DNA of 40,938 nt from Chiloscyllium plagiosum (Eukaryota): contig NW_025215331.1 of NCBI RefSeq assembly GCF_004010195.1, positions 21,755-62,692 on the forward strand. The letters run 5' to 3'. Within the stretch, counting starts at the first letter, position 1. Each line of letters begins with the position of its first letter. This document shows positions 34,508 through 40,938 of this stretch, piece after piece. The notes below the pieces were generated by a model that saw only the letters and a list, made by a program, of their open reading frames with translations, searched no databases and had not been told where the DNA came from. The translations under genes and the position numbers were made by a program.

Positions 34508-35410
34508 ACATCAGTTTGGATGGTGCTGTGAGTAGCTGCCCTCTCCCTCCCCTCTCTGAATGAATCTCTGTTGGTTTTCATCCTCTGCCAATGCCGGTGC
34601 AGTGGCGTGTGGAGGCCAGCAGAGGGTGGCATTGCATTACTTTAAGCACCACAGTGACAGCCAGACCTGCCCCACACAGATACATACACGGGGATGGTGA
34701 GGACACGGCGGGAAGCTCATCTGGTAACTTAAACTAAACATAAAGAAATGCTCAATTTGCCTTGTAAAGTGTTAAAACATGAGTGACAGAGAACTCCCAA
34801 ATTCCACTGTTGACATAATAACATCAATTTATTTTTTTAACTCTGAAAGTGAACATTTTACATCAAGCATTCTGAATTCTGAGACCCCCTTTCTCTTAAC
34901 TGCTTATTACCCCACTCCAACTCTATAAAGATATACTGTTTCAATAAGACACGGATTAAAATTGCAGTCATTTAATTTCAAAATCACACAGCAGCTGTTG
35001 TTGGTGTGTCTTCTTGTGGCCATAGATCTCTCTGGGTCATCTTCTGTCTTTTTAATGCGAATATGCTCCATATGAAAAGGTACCTTTGATAGAGAGTGTT
35101 TCCTAATCTCTTGGATCCATGTTGATGGCATTTACTCTGTCTGCAATTTTCTAAATGCCTGCATTTTTAATATGCACAACATCGTATCATCTCATTGGTT
35201 CAACTTCTTAAAACCAATACATTCAAACTTGATTTGGTTTTAGTATCCTGTGGCATCATTTAAACTGATTGGTAAAATTCGAATTGTTGTCCAAGGAGCA
35301 AGCATCTGAGGGATCTATTTCACAGCCAAATGTGACATATTTTCAGTTGTCCTTCACACTCTGGGTCTGCCATTCTATCATACACAGGTGCTTGGAAACT
35401 CTCAGTTCAG

Positions 35411-35925
35411 GGAGAAAGTGAGGACTGCAGATGCTGGAGATCAGAGCTGAAAAATGTGTTGCTGGAAAAGCGCAGCAGGTCAGGCAGCCAAGGCCCCAAA
35501 GGATACTTCCATATCCGCCACAAATTCACCTGCACCTCCACACACGTCATCTATTGCATCCGCTGCACTTGATGTGGCCNNNNNNNNNNNNNNNNNNNNN
35601 NNNNNNNNNNNNNNNNNNNNNNNNNNNNNNNNNNNNNNNNNNNNNNNNNNNNNNNNNNNNNNNNNNNNNNNNNNNNNNNNNNNNNNNNNNNNNNNNNNNN
35701 NNNNNNNNNNNNNNNNNNNNNNNNNNNNNNNNNNNNNNNNNNNNNNNNNNNNNNNNATCGCATTTCCAACGTCCCTCCCCCAAGTCCCTCCTCCCTACCT
35801 TTTATCTGCGCCTGCTGGACACACTTTCCTCATTCCTGAAGAAGGGCTTATGTCCGAAACGTCGATTCTCCTGCTCCTTGGATGCTGCCAGACCTGCTGC
35901 GCTTTTCCAGCAACACATTTTTCAG
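35411..35925 (+). mobile_element. Young Penelope-like insertion with perfect 12-bp TSD (contains a gap)
   Basis: TSD ctctcagttcag at 35399-35410 and 35926-35937. Inverted pLTR piece, then GIY-YIG start FTCTSTHVIYCIRCT*CG, then the direct pLTR. Confidence 0.93.
35832..35867 (+). ncRNA. Minimal hammerhead ribozyme motif in a Penelope pLTR
   Basis: attc-CTGAAGA-a-gggc(ttat)gtcc-GAA-ACGT-C-gatt. The core and palindromic ACGT are intact, but stem I is weak. Confidence 0.65.
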
Positions 35926-36214
35926 CTCTCAGTTCAGAACAGTTTTCCCTCTCTCTTAAAGATACATACACACTTTCGACTTCATGACATTAATACCCTG
36001 ATATCAATATTGAAGTTTGGAGCCAATCTGGAATTCTCGTCTCTGTGCTTTATCAATATTTCATTCACTCCGTCTGGTTTGTATCAGGATGTTTGTTGCT
36101 CCATTGACACCATGTCATTATTCGACTCTGTCCGTGGGAATATTGCGGTATTTTACATGCTCACACTAGTGAGTCTCGCAGAATTTCAGTTGTTGCATGG
36201 GGACTGTGACGCTA

Positions 36215-36500
36215 TAACAATCTCAATGTTTGTAGATGGCATCAAACCTGGAAGAATTGTAAAGTCTATGGAGGACAGTGTGGAACTCTAACAGTACAAT
36301 CACACGTTACTGTAGTGTTCAGGTGTATGGCAACTGGGGATCAATGCAGAGCTGTGTGAGGTGATGCAATTTGGTAGGAAAGACAATGTAAGACAATATA
36401 AAACAGGCCGTACATTAAATACTGGCTGCACGAGCAGACAGTCTTGCGTGTATATGAGCATAGATTGTTGAAGATGTCAGGACAACTGAGGATGGCAGTA
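36215..36500 (+). mobile_element. CR1 RT fragment
   Basis: ISMFVDGIK (FADD-like) and WQLGINAELCEVMQFGR. Confidence 0.8.
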
Positions 36501-36504
36501 ACTC

Positions 36505-37770
36505 TCACATATTGGTTTCAGTTTCTGAGCTGTTTACAGGGGGAGCTGTAGGAGGGAGTCTCCTTGCTCCCTTCCTGGGAGGTGGTGACGATGTGTTGTG
36601 AGCACACCCTCCTGCCCACCGAGACTGTGGGGATTCCATTTGTACTAGTTCGTCACAAAAGGGGGATGGCATCAGGGCCACTGCTTCTAAGTTGTGCCGG
36701 GGGGAAACGGAACTGCCAGTGGGTTTAAAGTGAGAATTGTCCTTCACTGAACATTGCTACTTACTCCGTCGGTGGAACGTGGATGTTTCAGAATCTCCAT
36801 ACGAGGCATCCCGGTCCTCTCCGGCTCGTACCAGGGGTCCTTCACACATGGCGGGGGGAGGGGAGTGAGGGAACGGATATCGGGCACTTCACCACCCGGT
36901 TTGGCCCTTTCTGTCCTATTCCACGCTGTTTCTACTGGAATGGGAGAAAGAGAGGGCTGGAGTGAGGGTGGAAGTGGGTGGCCCTGCTGTTAGTGCTGGT
37001 GTATGTGGGGGACGGTGTCATGGTGAGGTGTCTGGAGGGAGTCAGTCCACAGTGTTGTATCCATGCAGCATTGTTAGTGTAGGAGACTGGAGTAAAGTGG
37101 AGGGGAAGGGAGGGGCGAAGGTGCTGCATGCAGCAGTGAGAGTGGTGGAGCATGAGCCTTGTTCAGGGGTCGGTGCTACAACAGATATACAGTGAGTGTG
37201 AGGGAGCAGACAGAATACAGTTACCCTTATCCTGAAAGAGTGGGGAAGGTTATTGAAGCTTGTCCTGTATTGCTGGGCATTTCTTCAGACAGCAGAGACT
37301 GCACTGAGGTAGGTGGTGAGCTCAGACCATGCTCGGTGGGTCTGGTGGTGTGGCCTCCTCTGGGAAGAGAATGGTCTCATTCTGGACTAGATCATCCACC
37401 AGCACCTCCGTGCCCCTGTCGACAAACCGCGGTGTAATTGCCCATGATCTTCCATGCTCGAGGTAAACTGTGCAGGACAGCTCCGAACTGAGAAAGCTCA
37501 ACCGTGTGCCCATTGGCCTTTTAAAGGTGGCACCAGTGCCAGCGATCACGGAATATCCAGGGGCATCCGGGCGATGGTGAGTACCACCCGCCATGATGGG
37601 TGGGAGAATCGGGCTGATATTGACTGAGAGACATCATGGGGTAGGCTGGGTAGTTAATGAGGTGAGTCCGACACGATAGAACGAGGAAACTAGCTCAGCC
37701 TCGTGCGGACGATCCCTCTGTCACACTCAAGGAAAACCAAACAAAGATAAATTATTGTAAGAATCTGCCC
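36505..37770 (-). mobile_element. PIF/Harbinger end with a spliced Myb/SANT-like gene remnant
   Basis: Exon about 37231-37456: PRFVDRGTEVLVDDLV..ILFP / RAWSEL...SAV*RNAQQYRTSFNNL. Exon 36765-36934 (AG acceptor, GTAAGT donor): TAWNRTERAKPGGEVPDIRSLTP. Putative TIR GGGCAGATTCTTAC ends at 37770. Confidence 0.8.
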
Positions 37771-38192
37771 AATGAGTCATAGATTCGGTTGAAAGCAATT
37801 CCAGTTACAAAGATGCAGAATAAATGCTCATCTGGCCTCACACCAATATCCTTTTTTCCCATCTTTCCTGGGAAGACTGGCTCATGTTACAGGATGTTAT
37901 CGAAGCATCGACATTTCAGCATTCTGAAACCTGGAACAGATCCTTCCATGACACTGTCTCTCAGTCTCCCCATCTCTGTCTATACCCCAAACCCCTCCCA
38001 TGTGGTGAAATTTAAACTGATTCCCCCGCCATCTCTCTCTGGCAGTGATGCTCACACCCACAGCACCCCCTTGTCAGGGCAACAATGGAGATATGGAGCT
38101 GTAAATGGATGAGAGCTGTACATCCTGTCACTTCCAGCACGGGCTGCAAGTTTCCCCGTACTGCGCAGGAATCTAACACAGTGTTACTGAGG

Positions 38193-38780
38193 AATGCACT
38201 GGGGTGGTGTACACAGTCCTACATGCGGGGAGGGTAACTGCTCCTGGGTTACAGATCAATGTACTGAGGTGGTGTACACTGTCCTACATGCTGGGAGGGT
38301 AACTGCTCCTGGGTTACAGATCAATGCACTGGGTGGTGTACACAGTCCTACATACTGGAAGGGTAACTGTTCCTGGTTTACAGAACAATGCACTGGGTGG
38401 TGTACATATTCTTAAATGCTGGGAGGGTCAATGCTCCTTGGTTACAGATCAATGCACTGCGGTTGTGTACACAGTCCTACATGCTGGTAGGGTAAATGCT
38501 CCTGGTTTACAGATCAATGCACTGGGGTGGTGTACATGTTCCTACATACTGGGAGGGTAACTGCTCATGTTTTACAGATTAATTCACAAGTGATCACTGC
38601 ACAGGTCGCTGTGCTGGTCAGACTGTTTGGTTGCGGTTTATAGATAATGCAATGATATGGTTTGTGTAGCCCCTTATGCTGGATGGATATTTGTTTCAGG
38701 TTCACACATTAGTGCCCTGCTGTGGTCTCCACAGCTCCCAATGCTGGACAGATATGTAACCTGTGCACAGTACATCATAT
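38193..38780. repeat. 65-bp minisatellite: 6 conserved copies plus about 3 decayed
   Basis: Unit AATGCACTGGGGTGGTGTACACAGTCCTACATGCTGGGAGGGTAACTGCTCCTGGGTTACAGATC starts at 38193, 38258, 38323, 38387, 38451 and 38516. Confidence 0.95.
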
Positions 38781-38994
38781 TGGTGGGGTCGGTAGAGAGG
38801 AAAGGTGATGGACAGTTGAAGGAGATCCTGGAACGTTCTGTCTTCAACATTCTATAACTGACATTCCCCGGAACGTTCTGTCCCCAACATTCCAAAACTG
38901 ACATTTTCATCAATAATTCAGACCTTCCCAGTTGTTATTCCAGCTCCAATTATTTTAATAAATCCCTGAATACAGGGACACATTTGAACATCTC

Positions 38995-39062
38995 ACTGCG
39001 TCACTATCACCCTGATCCCATCACACTTACTGCATCACTATCACTCTGACCCCAACACACTT
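38995..39062. repeat. 34-bp tandem repeat running into a 745-nt gap
   Basis: actgc(g/a)tcactatcac(c/t)ctga.ccca.cacactt at 38995 and 39029. Confidence 0.75.
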
Positions 39063-40004
39063 NNNNNNNNNNNNNNNNNNNNNNNNNNNNNNNNNNNNNN
39101 NNNNNNNNNNNNNNNNNNNNNNNNNNNNNNNNNNNNNNNNNNNNNNNNNNNNNNNNNNNNNNNNNNNNNNNNNNNNNNNNNNNNNNNNNNNNNNNNNNNN
39201 NNNNNNNNNNNNNNNNNNNNNNNNNNNNNNNNNNNNNNNNNNNNNNNNNNNNNNNNNNNNNNNNNNNNNNNNNNNNNNNNNNNNNNNNNNNNNNNNNNNN
39301 NNNNNNNNNNNNNNNNNNNNNNNNNNNNNNNNNNNNNNNNNNNNNNNNNNNNNNNNNNNNNNNNNNNNNNNNNNNNNNNNNNNNNNNNNNNNNNNNNNNN
39401 NNNNNNNNNNNNNNNNNNNNNNNNNNNNNNNNNNNNNNNNNNNNNNNNNNNNNNNNNNNNNNNNNNNNNNNNNNNNNNNNNNNNNNNNNNNNNNNNNNNN
39501 NNNNNNNNNNNNNNNNNNNNNNNNNNNNNNNNNNNNNNNNNNNNNNNNNNNNNNNNNNNNNNNNNNNNNNNNNNNNNNNNNNNNNNNNNNNNNNNNNNNN
39601 NNNNNNNNNNNNNNNNNNNNNNNNNNNNNNNNNNNNNNNNNNNNNNNNNNNNNNNNNNNNNNNNNNNNNNNNNNNNNNNNNNNNNNNNNNNNNNNNNNNN
39701 NNNNNNNNNNNNNNNNNNNNNNNNNNNNNNNNNNNNNNNNNNNNNNNNNNNNNNNNNNNNNNNNNNNNNNNNNNNNNNNNNNNNNNNNNNNNNNNNNNNN
39801 NNNNNNNTGTTTCAGCGATGGAGCAGCCTGTCGCTATGGTAACAGACTGAGGGTAGAGCTGGTTTGTCCATCCTTATCTCCCAGGGGAGTTAGAGGGAAA
39901 CATTTCAATGTTTCTCACAACTCAGGGGCCAGTGAGAAAAGACACCATCCCACTGACTGTATCCATCACTTCCATTTGTAATCAATAAAAATATTGATTA
40001 AAGC

Positions 40005-40938
40005 GTGCCGAGCAGCAGAGTGACCGATGTTGTTGTGTGTCTTTGTGTTGGAGAAGTTGAGCTGGAGAGAGACAGACTTAGCCCCAAGTCCTGGTCCTCA
40101 GGGAAGGGGAGGGCACCGCGCCATGAGCTCAGGAGCTGGGTTTCAATCCCTCTCTACTTACTTTCCATTCTGGGTCTCCCACTCCAACTTGGCTCTCAGC
40201 AGAATTCAACTTGCTCTCTTTGTCACTCACCCTCCATATATCCCTCCCACTCTCACACTGCACTGCTATTTCTCTCTCATTTACCCATTTACGCACTCAA
40301 TTCCACTGTTGCCTTCCTCAATCTCATTCATTCACTCTCTCTCCATCTTGCGATCATAACCTCCCAATGTTACGGTCTTTCTCGAATTTTTCGGTGCTCA
40401 GGGAACAGAAGAGGGTTGTCGAACTTCAGACCGATGTTAGGGAACAGAGATTGGGTCATCATATCAGGCCATTGCCAGGGCAACAGTATGGAGCTTGGGC
40501 CAAACGCCCTTTCTCGGGGATATAATGGATGTGAGAACATGAGCCGTCACTAGGGGGTAATAGGTGGAGTGGCACCGTAGGCTCTGGCTGAGATTGATAC
40601 AACAGGATATCACAAACAGAACACATTGTGTGGGACATGCCGTCTGTTACTCAGGGAATAGAATGGGGATGGGGTTAATGGCCATTTAGAGGGGATCAAC
40701 TGGGTTGGTGTTCGCAGGCAGGAGCTCACTTTAAGGTGTGAGAGGATTGTGATGGTGGGAGACTGCGTGGGCATGAGAGTGTGATATTGGGAGAGTGTGC
40801 GAGGGAGGGAGCCTGCTGGTGGGGGAATGAGTGGGGAAGAGAGCGTGAAGGTGGTTGAAAGTGTGGGGAAGTGAGAGTGACGATGGGGGCGTGTGCATGG
40901 GGAGTGAATGGGACAATGGGAGTGTACGGGGAGAGTTC
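40005..40938 (+). mobile_element. Possible further Harbinger Myb/SANT-like relic
   Basis: SRVTDVVVCLCVGEVELERDRLSP weakly resembles PRF.D..LE.LV.EV..R...L.P and is followed by a CT/CA-rich intron-like tract. Weak support. Confidence 0.3.

Larger units (their letters stand above)
34695..35989 (-). mobile_element. Solo LTR related to the 20812-26375 element, split by Penelope
   Basis: The minus-strand start TGTCATGAAGTCGAAA resembles 26291 TGTTATGAAGCCGAAA. tgttaaaacatgagtgacagagaactcccaaattc at 34770 is nearly the reverse complement of 20842-20876. Confidence 0.85.

Noticed and set aside
35431..36291. 286-aa ORF and other X-containing ORFs
   Set aside because: Open only because they cross N-gaps, and they join unrelated Penelope, LTR and CR1 sequence.
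38193..38580. Regular 65-bp periodicity as a CRISPR array
   Set aside because: The whole unit repeats with no unique spacers, there are no cas genes, and the context is eukaryotic.

Overview
Repeat-saturated eukaryotic DNA with five N-gaps and no recognisable host protein-coding gene. The HE1/V-type SINEs, CR1 LINEs and Penelope families point to a shark (inference from family recognition). Main contents: (1) two decayed Gypsy LTR retrotransposons with a SCAN-like Gag (1330-4569 and about 20812-26375). The second shows the protease-integrase-RT-RNaseH order of the Gmr1 clade. Each family also has a solo LTR (28110-28732 and 34695-35989). (2) Many nested CR1/L2-clade LINE fragments. (3) At least seven Penelope-like insertions, several with target-site duplications (TSDs) and minimal hammerhead-ribozyme cores. 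(4) tRNA-derived SINEs, one carrying a near-perfect 107-bp inverted duplication. (5) PIF/Harbinger transposase and Myb/SANT remnants. (6) 42-bp arrays resembling LINE 3' ends, a 65-bp minisatellite and tandem tRNA-like heads. Several 120-200 bp near-identical tandem duplications may be assembly artefacts. Family assignments come from motif recognition by eye, not database searches, and boundaries of old fragments are approximate.
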